Positions 47,787 through 56,710 of a stretch of 64,000 nt of DNA are shown in pieces (the first letter of the stretch is position 1; each line of letters begins with the position of its first letter). The notes under the pieces were generated by a model, which worked only from the letters and a program-made list of their open reading frames with translations, did no database searches and was not told the DNA's origin. A program made the position numbers and the translations under genes. The DNA comes from an uncultured Alphaproteobacteria bacterium (GTDB taxonomy: Bacteria; Pseudomonadota; Alphaproteobacteria; Rickettsiales; CAIJLX01), in contig CAIJLX010000022.1 of assembly GCA_903821695.1 (NCBI GenBank), positions 12,406 through 76,405 of the forward strand, written 5' to 3'.

Positions 47787-47912
47787 TTAACCTTGGCGCG
47801 CTTTGAAGCGTGGGTTTGCTTTGTTAATTACGTAAATACGGCCTTTGCGACGTACTACGCGGCAGTTCTTGTCGCGCTTTTTTGCAGATTTGAGTGAGCT
47901 TAAAACTTTCAT
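47787..47912 (-). CDS. rpmJ: 50S ribosomal protein L36, zinc-independent type (missed by the ORF track)
   Basis: Manual translation [41 protein letters not shown]; SD AGGAG. Confidence 0.96.
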   Translation of the reverse strand: MKVLSSLKSAKKRDKNCRVVRRKGRIYVINKANPRFKARQG

Positions 47913-49774
47913 AACCGTATCTCCTGTAGGCGCGGAGTGTTACTCAAGTTTTCCGGCTCTGTCAATTCCTTCTGTTTGAATACCCCATGAATGGTCTTTT
48001 CCCAATGGTGCAGCTTACCGCTAAACAGCTGATATACCGCACGAATACTCGCTATTGTGTGCAAAAACCAATAGAAGGGAAAAATCGGCACGGCGAGCAG
48101 CATATCCCACCATTTATGACGCCATAACACCGCCAGCGCGATAACCAGATGCACACCCATCCCGCCAAACATATTAAAGACCATGAGATTATAGAGCCAA
48201 TCCGGCATCGCATAATCACCGTAATAAGCCAGCAGCGAGAGAGTAATAATCACCGGCGTAATGATAAAAGCGAACGAGGCCGAACCAATAAACAACACAA
48301 ACCCCAGCACCCCCTTAAGCCCCAGCGCCTTCATCGTCCGCTTAGGGTGCCGCAGATGAACAAAGAATGTCTGAATATACCCCTTCACCCAACGCGTACG
48401 CTGCGTAATCCAGTTTTTGAATCTGTTGGGTGCTTCCTCTAGAGTGAGGCTGTCAAGAATCCGGGTTTGATAACCCGCCTCTGCCAGCCGCAAGCCGAGA
48501 TCCGCATCCTCAGTCACGTTATACGGATCCCACGCATGAATGGATTTGAGCACTTGGGTACGGAAGTGATTGCTGGTCCCACCCAACGGCATCGGCAAGC
48601 CTAAACGCTCTAGACCATAGAGCATCGCATCAAACCACATGGCGTATTCGAGCGAGAACATCCGGGTGAGCAAATTATCGCGGCGATTATAATAATTGAG
48701 GCGAGCCTGCACACAGCCAAGTTTCTTGCCATATTCAGCAAACATTTGTGCCGCTTTGCGTAGCTGTTGCGGCTCCGGCACATCCTCCGCATCATAGATG
48801 GTGGCCAAGGTGCCTTTGGCAAACTGCAGAGCATAATTACAGGCCTTCGGTTTGGTTTGCGGCTTGGAATGTGGCACCCGTACGATATGGAAAATACGTT
48901 CCGGTTTTTGAGCGATGAGGTTTTGGATGGTGTCGCTGTCATCCTCCTCCACAATCAATTTCACATCTAGTTTATCCTTCGGATAATCGAGTGCTCGAAT
49001 TGCTTGGATCAATGATTTGACGGTTGAGGCTGGCTCCTTAAAGAGCGGCACGAAAATAGTATAAGTCGGCAAATCTGCATCGGCGATAATGCGGTGGGTT
49101 TGAGGCTTTTCGCTGTAAAAATAACCAGCCCAAAAGATGTGGAACTTAAATAGCATTGCGAGCAAGTAGACGCCGTTGATAACGGCAAGCAGACCTAAGG
49201 TTGAAGCCTCAAAAAAGAATGCGGCAAACAATAGGCAGAGAAATATCGGTAGCCAAAAATTGCGCTTACGCCGCAGCATAAATAGTCGGCGGGCGGAGCG
49301 TTGCGGCTCGAACCGCCAGAGCTGTTGCACGGCATGCTCGCATAAGGCGCTGCCAGCATGAAGCTGCACTTGCTCGTAAATATCGTGCGGCGTAGCGAGT
49401 ACGCATTCGACGGGTTCTTCGAATAGAACCTCTAGTTTTTTTTGTGTGTTTTCTTGTGCGGGTTCGGCCATTGCGATTAACAGCTTTCCCCCTTCCCTGC
49501 GCCAGGGGATTATCTGCATGGGGAGATAGGAATGTGTGTGGTCGGAATCGAATAAGGGATGGTCGCATGGGTGATCGCGTAGGTTTACAAATCGTAGGCC
49601 CAATAGCTGAGCTAGCACAGTGTAGAGTTCGAGGTGATGTAGTGCACCGAGGCTTACTAAGATTTCACCCAAGCGTGCACCGGATTTGGTTTGGATCTCT
49701 AATGCTTGCGTAAGTTGTTGTTCGGTGATGCTTCCGGCGGCAAGCAGCGCTTCGCCCAAACGCACGCCCAGCAT
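47909..49774 (-). CDS. Processive GT2 glycosyltransferase with N-terminal MshEN (c-di-GMP-binding) domain
   Basis: Tandem RLGxxLLxxG...LxxQ motifs; YDAED, TEDADLG, QRTRW; TM helices before and after the catalytic domain. Confidence 0.88.
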   Translation of the reverse strand: MLGVRLGEALLAAGSITEQQLTQALEIQTKSGARLGEILVSLGALHHLELYTVLAQLLGLRFVNLRDHPCDHPLFDSDHTHSYLPMQIIPWRREGGKLLIAMAEPAQENTQKKLEVLFEEPVECVLATPHDIYEQVQLHAGSALCEHAVQQLWRFEPQRSARRLFMLRRKRNFWLPIFLCLLFAAFFFEASTLGLLAVINGVYLLAMLFKFHIFWAGYFYSEKPQTHRIIADADLPTYTIFVPLFKEPASTVKSLIQAIRALDYPKDKLDVKLIVEEDDSDTIQNLIAQKPERIFHIVRVPHSKPQTKPKACNYALQFAKGTLATIYDAEDVPEPQQLRKAAQMFAEYGKKLGCVQARLNYYNRRDNLLTRMFSLEYAMWFDAMLYGLERLGLPMPLGGTSNHFRTQVLKSIHAWDPYNVTEDADLGLRLAEAGYQTRILDSLTLEEAPNRFKNWITQRTRWVKGYIQTFFVHLRHPKRTMKALGLKGVLGFVLFIGSASFAFIITPVIITLSLLAYYGDYAMPDWLYNLMVFNMFGGMGVHLVIALAVLWRHKWWDMLLAVPIFPFYWFLHTIASIRAVYQLFSGKLHHWEKTIHGVFKQKELTEPENLSNTPRLQEIRL

Positions 49775-50583
49775 TAGAAGCGATACCAGATGCTAAAGAG
49801 GCCGCCGGTGCCTTCGCCGGTATTGCGCTCATATACCGTTTGGAACATGCCTACTTGCAGTGACCATTTTGGTGAAAACCAATAGAGGCCGGAAAGCTGA
49901 AGCTTCACCAAATCATAATCAAATGCGTTGCTTAATAATGCGCTACCGCTGCCTGTACCTGCGCCATCAGCGGCGAAGGTGCCTTGCGCTTCACCGATGA
50001 TTTGCCAATGCTCCGCCACCCGATAACCCAATGTGGTTGCCAGCCGCCATTCATCGCCTGGCACTTCGGTGCGTACGCGATAAGCAACTTCATTATTCCA
50101 ATAATGTCTGCCTTGGTTGCCAAAATTACGGCCATAGAGAAGGCGCATTTCATAATCAAGCTGCTCTTGGCCGAGTGTTGGTAAATCGTTTTTATCATAG
50201 CCCCCGGGAAGTTTGACCAACGGCTGGATCGAGATCACGTTTTGGCCATCATTATAAAGCCGGGTGCGGATGAATATTTCGCTATCGGCGAGGTTGGAAT
50301 TGGTTTGCTCATCACCAAACATTTTTTGAGTCACATACTGGAAGCTTGGCGAAATTCCTAAAGTCACCGTATTGGTGAGGCCATATTCGATATAGGGGTT
50401 ATATTCGTATTTTTTATAAGGCTCTTGCGAGGAGGAATTGCCATGTTCATCGACATAGCGATCGCTGGTGTAATAGGTGAAGTTATTGATAACTTGGCCT
50501 TCGCCTTCGTTCAATGTCCAGGCGGCGGCGTGTAGCTCCGTGCAGATCAGCAGCCCTAGCAACAATGCAAGGGCTATCCGCAT
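49774..50583 (-). CDS. Putative outer-membrane beta-barrel protein
   Basis: Signal peptide, alternating aromatic/polar strands (EYGL, YGRNF, LGYRV) and a C-terminal beta-signal ...SIWYRF. Confidence 0.75.
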   Translation of the reverse strand: MRIALALLLGLLICTELHAAAWTLNEGEGQVINNFTYYTSDRYVDEHGNSSSQEPYKKYEYNPYIEYGLTNTVTLGISPSFQYVTQKMFGDEQTNSNLADSEIFIRTRLYNDGQNVISIQPLVKLPGGYDKNDLPTLGQEQLDYEMRLLYGRNFGNQGRHYWNNEVAYRVRTEVPGDEWRLATTLGYRVAEHWQIIGEAQGTFAADGAGTGSGSALLSNAFDYDLVKLQLSGLYWFSPKWSLQVGMFQTVYERNTGEGTGGLFSIWYRF

Positions 50584-50584
50584 C

Positions 50585-51064
50585 CTAGTGCAGCTTTCGT
50601 TCGATGTCTTGGAACGCTTTGGAGAGAATCTCCTCTGCGACTTCTGGGCTCATGCTTTCCAGGATCAGCGTGCGGGCTACTTCCATGGTGATATCCATCG
50701 CATTCGAGCGCAGATCGGTCATCACCGAGGATTCAGCTTGAGCAATTTTTTGCATTGCTAATTCGGTGCGCTTGGTAAGTGCATTTTCGAGCACTTCTTT
50801 TGCTTCTTGTGTGATGCGCTCTGCTTCAAGGCGGGCATGGGCCAGGATTGCTTGCACTTGCTCGAGTGAGTGGCTTTGCTCAGCTTCGTAGCGCGCGAGC
50901 AATGCGGATGCTTCATTTTTCAAACGTGTTGCTTCTTCGAGTTCGCTTTTGATTTTTAAAATACGCGTATCAAGCGACGACAAAATCAATTTTTTGCCGG
51001 TTTTAAACATCAACGCCACGAACATGACAAATGCTAGTGCTACAAAAAACTTCTCATCAAACAT
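50585..51064 (-). CDS. atpF: ATP synthase F0 subunit b
   Basis: N-terminal TM helix, LD.R...I..EL.EA..L..EA coiled coil; position in the operon. Confidence 0.92.
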   Translation of the reverse strand: MFDEKFFVALAFVMFVALMFKTGKKLILSSLDTRILKIKSELEEATRLKNEASALLARYEAEQSHSLEQVQAILAHARLEAERITQEAKEVLENALTKRTELAMQKIAQAESSVMTDLRSNAMDITMEVARTLILESMSPEVAEEILSKAFQDIERKLH

Positions 51065-51551
51065 GTTTCTGCCTCATTTGGTTTGCGACCGCTTTTTCGA
51101 TGATTTCACGCGAAACCTCACGACCGGTTACCTTCTTTAATACTTCCTGTGTAAGCTCGACCGAAACCGGCACCACACGCTCTATTACTTGTTCTTTCGC
51201 TTTATTGATGGCGATTTGTGCATCCGCCATTTTGCGATGGAGCACTTTATCCAGATCGGCATTACGCGCAACGGCAAGAGCTTCCGCTTCTTTCTGAATT
51301 TCAGAAACCACTTCCGCCGCTCTGCTGCGTGCGGATTTGATCTGCACTTCGTTTTGCTGAGCTAGAACGTCCGATTGAATACGCGCCGCTTCCGCTACTT
51401 GCAGATCACCTTCGATCTGCTCACGGCGAGTTAACAGAACGCTGCCCAGGCGTGGCAGTCCCACTCGCGCCATCACAAAATAAAGTGCGGCAAACGAGAG
51501 GGCCAGCCAGAATACCTGGGACAGAATCCAATATGGGTCAAGCTGTGGCAT
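51057..51551 (-). CDS. ATP synthase F0 subunit b'
   Basis: MPQLD....SQ.FWL..SF..LY......LPR pattern. Confidence 0.92.
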   Translation of the reverse strand: MPQLDPYWILSQVFWLALSFAALYFVMARVGLPRLGSVLLTRREQIEGDLQVAEAARIQSDVLAQQNEVQIKSARSRAAEVVSEIQKEAEALAVARNADLDKVLHRKMADAQIAINKAKEQVIERVVPVSVELTQEVLKKVTGREVSREIIEKAVANQMRQKHV

Positions 51552-51569
51552 TCGCCAACGAACCTATAA

Positions 51570-51794
51570 TTATTTGCTTAAAACGATCATCGCGATCACG
51601 AAGGCGAGCAAGCCCATCAATTCCGCGAGAGCTGCACCAACGATACCCCATTTTACCAATTTTGATTCGGTAGCTGGGTTACGAGCAACGCCGTTCAGAA
51701 TTGCTGCGAAGATCATGCCTACGCCGATAGCTGCGCCCGCCATGGTCATTGCGGTTAAGCCTACGCCTACATATTTCAATGCTGATAAATCCAT
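51570..51794 (-). CDS. atpE: ATP synthase F0 subunit c
   Basis: GAAIGVG, RNP and the conserved Glu (ALAEL). Confidence 0.96.
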   Translation of the reverse strand: MDLSALKYVGVGLTAMTMAGAAIGVGMIFAAILNGVARNPATESKLVKWGIVGAALAELMGLLAFVIAMIVLSK

Positions 51795-51880
51795 TTTCTT
51801 TCTCCTTAATTAAAACAAAAAACAAACAATACTATAAAAAAAGCCGCCGAATCATAGCGATGCAATTCGTGATTGCAACC

Positions 51881-52618
51881 CTAATGTAAGTTCACCGCAT
51901 CGTTCAAATAAATACACAATAACATGGTGAAAATATAAGCTTGCAGGCAGGCGATGAAGATCTCAAACCCGATGAACATCACCAGGAATGCCTGTGGAAA
52001 AATACCCCAAACGCCGAGCGTCACTACGAAGCCAGCGAAAATTTTCAGCAATACGTGGCCCGCAATCATGTTCGCAGCAAGACGAATCGAAAGGCTAACT
52101 GGGCGAACGATATAAGAAACAAGCTCAATCGGCACAATCAAAGGCATGATCCAGCTTGGCACCCCCTCTGGCACAAACAAGGCGAAGAAGTGTGTGCCGT
52201 GGCGGACGATACCATAGAGGGTCACGATCAAGAATAAGGTCGCAGCGAGGGCAAAGGTAACTGCGATATGGCTGGTAGCGGTGAAGCTATATGGCGTCAT
52301 CCCCAGAAGGTTACAGAATAAGATGAACATGAAGGCAGAAAAGATCAGCGGGAAGAATTTTAGGCCATCTTTGCCGACGTTTTCCATGATCATACCGGCG
52401 ATGAATTCATAGAGCATTTCGGCAGCACATTGTAAGCGGCCGGGGATTATTGCGCGATAACGGGTCGCACCCATCATGAAGAAGATAATGCAGGAGGTCG
52501 CAAGCACCATGAAGAGTGATGCATTAGTAAAGCTTAGGTCGAAACTGCCCATTTTAAAATCAAAAATGGGATGAATTTCAAACTGCGCAAGCGGGCTGTG
52601 GCCGTGATTTTCTGTCAT
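51881..52618 (-). CDS. atpB: ATP synthase F0 subunit a
   Basis: PGRLQ, NLLGM.P, RPVSLSIRL.ANM.AGH, LQAYIF. Confidence 0.97.
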   Translation of the reverse strand: MTENHGHSPLAQFEIHPIFDFKMGSFDLSFTNASLFMVLATSCIIFFMMGATRYRAIIPGRLQCAAEMLYEFIAGMIMENVGKDGLKFFPLIFSAFMFILFCNLLGMTPYSFTATSHIAVTFALAATLFLIVTLYGIVRHGTHFFALFVPEGVPSWIMPLIVPIELVSYIVRPVSLSIRLAANMIAGHVLLKIFAGFVVTLGVWGIFPQAFLVMFIGFEIFIACLQAYIFTMLLCIYLNDAVNLH

Positions 52619-52639
52619 AAAAGATCAAGTATTGGGGGT

Positions 52640-52912
52640 TTAATCGCGCCCTGTATGCCCGATTTCATCCTTCGATGCAAGCCTGAACATATTCCAAAAT
52701 GCAGCGACCATCCCAAGCACAATAAATACCACAAAAAGCCAGGGCTGCGTGCCCAGCCAATCATCCATAAACCAGCCAAACCCACCGCCCACCAACAGGC
52801 CTGCGATAATCTCTGAAAGAAACTGCCAGCCCAGGCTGCGCTCTGCGCGCTGGCTTGATTGATCCAGCTTTAATTTTGCTGCGGCAATTTTCTCTTCTAA
52901 CTCTTTGGTCAT
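52640..52912 (-). CDS. atpI: AtpZ/AtpI family protein
   Basis: G...GWF.D.WLGT.PW......LG..A.F.N; upstream of atpB. Confidence 0.88.
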   Translation of the reverse strand: MTKELEEKIAAAKLKLDQSSQRAERSLGWQFLSEIIAGLLVGGGFGWFMDDWLGTQPWLFVVFIVLGMVAAFWNMFRLASKDEIGHTGRD

Positions 52913-53571
52913 TATGGCTTAGGAGTAGCCAAGAACTTATCAATCATTGCTGAAAGCCCTGCTGCATCTGGCACACCATTATAGCGCTCGCCATTAACAA
53001 ATACTGTCGGTGTGCCAGCAACGGACAATTCTTGCGTACCGTCCATACGGCTTTTCACGACTGTTTCTTCAACTTTTTTATCAGCCAGGCATTTTTTGAA
53101 TGCTTTTTTGGTCATGCCTTGCTCGAGGGCAACGGCTTGTAAGTTAATTTCAAAATCCTTGCTAAAAGCCCATTTATCTTGGGTTTTATAGAGCTTACTG
53201 AGCATCTCCGACCGCTTATTTTCAGGCGTGCAATGCACCACCATGCCTGCGCGAAGGGCTGGGGCATTCAGTGGATAATCGCGGTAAATGAATTTGATTT
53301 TATTGGTCGCGATGTATTTTTTCTGGATTTCAGGGAATATGGTTTGATTAAACACTGCGCAATGTGGGCAGGACAGCGATGCATATTCAGTAACGGTGAC
53401 TTTCGCATCCGGGTTGCCTTGAATCCAATCGCCTTTTTGTGCCATCGCATAAGCTGGGTTCTTAGCGATAATGGCGTTCGCTTGCGGAGCTTGTGGCGCC
53501 ATGGTGGATTGCTCAGGCGCTGCCTCAGCGTTGAATGCAAATAAAGCCAGTGCCAAGATTAAATACCGCAT
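52912..53571 (-). CDS. DsbA family thiol-disulfide oxidoreductase
   Basis: Signal peptide, G.PDAKVT..EYAS..CPHC, GTPT.FVNG; start ATG 53571 with SD GAGGA. Confidence 0.9.
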   Translation of the reverse strand: MRYLILALALFAFNAEAAPEQSTMAPQAPQANAIIAKNPAYAMAQKGDWIQGNPDAKVTVTEYASLSCPHCAVFNQTIFPEIQKKYIATNKIKFIYRDYPLNAPALRAGMVVHCTPENKRSEMLSKLYKTQDKWAFSKDFEINLQAVALEQGMTKKAFKKCLADKKVEETVVKSRMDGTQELSVAGTPTVFVNGERYNGVPDAAGLSAMIDKFLATPKP

Positions 53572-53672
53572 AGTTTCCTCCATGAATGAGTCGATCAGTA
53601 TAAAATGTTTTAGGATTATCTCAAGCAAATGCTTGTGCCAGGTTATAGATCTGATTTAAACTAGAAAAAAAC

Positions 53673-54668
53673 ATGCAAAACACCCATTACGATAAAATAA
53701 AGGCCAGCCTCGAGGCCTCCCCCCGCCATTGGTTAGTAACGGGTGCCGCTGGCTTCATCGGCAGCCAGATTGTAGAAACTTTGCTTAAACTTTCGCAGCA
53801 GGTAACCGGTCTTGATAATTTCATGACCGGCACTCCAAAAAATATTGAGGCAGCGAAAAAACTCTCGCCTAAAAATTTCCGCTTTATAGAAGGTGATATC
53901 CGCGATGCCGCCCTCTGCGCTGAAGCAGTGCGTGGAGTTGATATCGTGCTGCATCATGCCGCATTAGGCAGTGTTCCTCATTCCATCTCTGATCCGCAAT
54001 TAGCCCATGCCATCAATGTGGATGGGTTTATGAATATGCTACTGGCAAGCAAAGAAGCAAAAGTGAAGCGCTTCGTCTATGCTAGCTCCTCTGCCTGTTA
54101 TGGCGACAGCACTGCCATCCCGGCCCGCGAAGGCGAGGAGGGTAATTTATTATCCCCTTATGCGGCAACCAAAGCGATTAATGATCTATATGCCCAAGTT
54201 TTCTCGAAGGCTTATAGCTTGCCGACGATTGGCCTGCGCTATTTCAACATTTTTGGTCCACGCCAGGATCCGAATGGACCCTATGCGGCGGTGATTCCGC
54301 TATGGATGAATAATCTGATGCAAGGTGCGCCATGCTTCATTAATGGTGATGGTGAAACCACGAGAGATTTTTGTTATGTTGATAATGCCGTGCAGGCTAA
54401 TATTTTGGCAGGTGTTGCACCACAGGAAGTGACTGGCGAGGTGCTGAATATTGCCGTTGGCACTAGCTCTACTTTGAATGAGTTATATGCCGCGATTCGC
54501 AATGAAATTGGCAGTCCTAAACCTGCCAGCTTCCGCGAGTTTCGTGAGGGGGATGTTCGGCATTCACTGGCCGATATTTCTAAGGCCAAGAAGCAGCTTG
54601 GCTATGCCCCCACCCATCAACTGAATGATGGCATCCGCGAAACGGTGAAGTGGTTTACCTCGCTTTAG
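53673..54668 (+). CDS. UDP-GlcNAc/GalNAc(A) 4-epimerase (WbpP/TviC-like SDR)
   Basis: GAAGFIG, H.AALGSVP.SI.DP, YASSS, SPYAATK, RYFNIFGPRQDPNG.YAAVIP. Confidence 0.88.
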   Translation: MQNTHYDKIKASLEASPRHWLVTGAAGFIGSQIVETLLKLSQQVTGLDNFMTGTPKNIEAAKKLSPKNFRFIEGDIRDAALCAEAVRGVDIVLHHAALGSVPHSISDPQLAHAINVDGFMNMLLASKEAKVKRFVYASSSACYGDSTAIPAREGEEGNLLSPYAATKAINDLYAQVFSKAYSLPTIGLRYFNIFGPRQDPNGPYAAVIPLWMNNLMQGAPCFINGDGETTRDFCYVDNAVQANILAGVAPQEVTGEVLNIAVGTSSTLNELYAAIRNEIGSPKPASFREFREGDVRHSLADISKAKKQLGYAPTHQLNDGIRETVKWFTSL

Positions 54669-56613
54669 TCTCAACCACGTCGTTGAGTATCACCGCACTA
54701 ATCTCTGTCAGCTGGCGTGGATATTGCGAAAGGAAGCGTTTAAACCGAGACGTATTTTCGCCCTGGCGGATCACCATAAAAATAGTTCCTGCAAACTCCA
54801 ACAATTGAAGGTCAGGAAGTGTTGGGCAATCGATGATAACGAGATCAAATTCTTCAGACAAAATATGCATGAGCGATTTCAATTTTTCTTGATCTTGCAA
54901 GAGATCATAATTTGCAGCTTCCGTGCCCGACGGAATAAACCACAGTTTCTCATCCACTGGATTCGCGAGCACTTGCTCAAGCGTTGCCTTACCCGCAATC
55001 AAATCCGAAAATCCTGGCACCTTGAGTGCAGAGAAATTTAGATGCAAAGAACCTTTCAGAATATCTCCATCAATCAACAAAACACGCTTTTTCTCGGATG
55101 CCAGAAGCGAGAAATTTGCAGCAAGAAAGGATTTACCCTGCTTCTCATGATGACTCGTAAACAGCAAAATATTATTGTGTGCACCGCTGGTAATATCATC
55201 AAGAATGGTCTTCAAGTTTCTTAATACTAATGCAGCATTATCAGTTACATCCATCAGATAATTATTCATACCCAAAGCTTTGCTTTTTTTCTCCGCCGAG
55301 TCACTATGCGGGATAGATGCAATGACAGGCAATTTAGTGACCTTCTTCAGCATTTCAGGATTGCGAATGTTGCGCAATCGAATATTGCCGAACAGTGTAA
55401 AGCATAGGCACAAAAACACGCCACCTACTCCACCAAGCACAGCAGCAATAGTAATCTTCATCCAATCGATCGTTTTCTCGATCACGGAAGGGCTGATGAC
55501 ATGTGCTTCACTCTTAATGATTTCACGCGAGAGCCTATTAATTTCAGCAGTGCTATCGAGGAATAATTGGCGGACAATAATGACTTCATCATTGAGCTGA
55601 TAAAACCGACGCTCGGCATCCGGCAATTTTACTATTTCAGGCTCAATACTATTGAGCTGTTTTTTGTAAGAGTCGATCTGTTCTGTGAATCCCAGCACCA
55701 CAGGATCTTGCGGTGCGTGGGTTGCAAGCAGTTCTGTTTTTCCTGATTCGAGATCACCGACTTTACTGCCTAAACCAGCAGCAAGTTGGATGAGCTCTAA
55801 TGTCTCCTCGGAAAAGGTTGATGTATCCTCTCTCGCGAGCGCTTCTTTTGCAACTTTTAATTGCGCTTGAATCTCTTTATTTTTAGCCCGCAAATTTGCC
55901 AATACATCTGCACGATTGCGGATGGTATTTTCGAGCGACTTGTCAACATAGACACCCATCAAGGTATCAAGAAAGTGTTTTGCAAATTCTGGTTCTTGAG
56001 CTGCAAAATGCAGCTCAATGCTGCTATCATTTATTTTGATGGCGCGGATATTTTTCTGTATCGTTTGCAGATAGGTTTCGGGTGACAATGGTGTAATAAT
56101 AAATTCCTCGCCCGCACCTGCTGCTAGGCTTGCCACCTTAATAGCAAAACCATTTTCTTTTACTTCTTCACCACCTGCTTTTCCTTGCAGGAGTGCCTTG
56201 CCGTAGGAATCATAGAGCACAAAGATTTCGTCAGCCTCCATCCGCAACTTAAACGGACTTTCCCAATAGGCTTTAGGTACCGTAAATTGCTCAAGCTCTA
56301 GGCTTAACATATCCATCCCCGTCAGCTGCTCCAACAAATGTGTGTTGTGCGCGACAAAGGCAGAAACACCCCCGGTGCTTTTCGCGATGGCTTCGGTAAG
56401 GTTTTGGTTGGAAAGGATAAGCCGCATAGCTGCATCAGCTGAAATTTGTGGCTCAATTTGCAGCTGGCCTCTGGCGGTGTTAATAACGGGGATACCAACA
56501 CTTCCAAGCACCGCTGTAACAACGCTTATAATAATCAGCAATAGATACCACCATTTGCCCCGATTCGGCGTTGGGGTAGTCGTATGTGAAAAAGGGGAGA
56601 ATCTTTGCTGCAT
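54655..56613 (-). CDS. Wzc-like polysaccharide co-polymerase/BY-kinase, degenerate
   Basis: Two TM helices, periplasmic coiled coil (HDP-like ...PQDPVV), Walker-like QGKS, LLIDGD and IIDCP; no C-terminal Tyr cluster. Confidence 0.8.
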   Translation of the reverse strand: MQQRFSPFSHTTTPTPNRGKWWYLLLIIISVVTAVLGSVGIPVINTARGQLQIEPQISADAAMRLILSNQNLTEAIAKSTGGVSAFVAHNTHLLEQLTGMDMLSLELEQFTVPKAYWESPFKLRMEADEIFVLYDSYGKALLQGKAGGEEVKENGFAIKVASLAAGAGEEFIITPLSPETYLQTIQKNIRAIKINDSSIELHFAAQEPEFAKHFLDTLMGVYVDKSLENTIRNRADVLANLRAKNKEIQAQLKVAKEALAREDTSTFSEETLELIQLAAGLGSKVGDLESGKTELLATHAPQDPVVLGFTEQIDSYKKQLNSIEPEIVKLPDAERRFYQLNDEVIIVRQLFLDSTAEINRLSREIIKSEAHVISPSVIEKTIDWMKITIAAVLGGVGGVFLCLCFTLFGNIRLRNIRNPEMLKKVTKLPVIASIPHSDSAEKKSKALGMNNYLMDVTDNAALVLRNLKTILDDITSGAHNNILLFTSHHEKQGKSFLAANFSLLASEKKRVLLIDGDILKGSLHLNFSALKVPGFSDLIAGKATLEQVLANPVDEKLWFIPSGTEAANYDLLQDQEKLKSLMHILSEEFDLVIIDCPTLPDLQLLEFAGTIFMVIRQGENTSRFKRFLSQYPRQLTEISAVILNDVVETKAR

Positions 56614-56710
56614 GGGTCTGTTTTTCTATGGTGCAATCCGCTATTTTGCAAGCTGGCAGTTCTTACCTTGCCTTTAAAACAGATTCCGCTACCCTCATCT
56701 GCCCATTATT

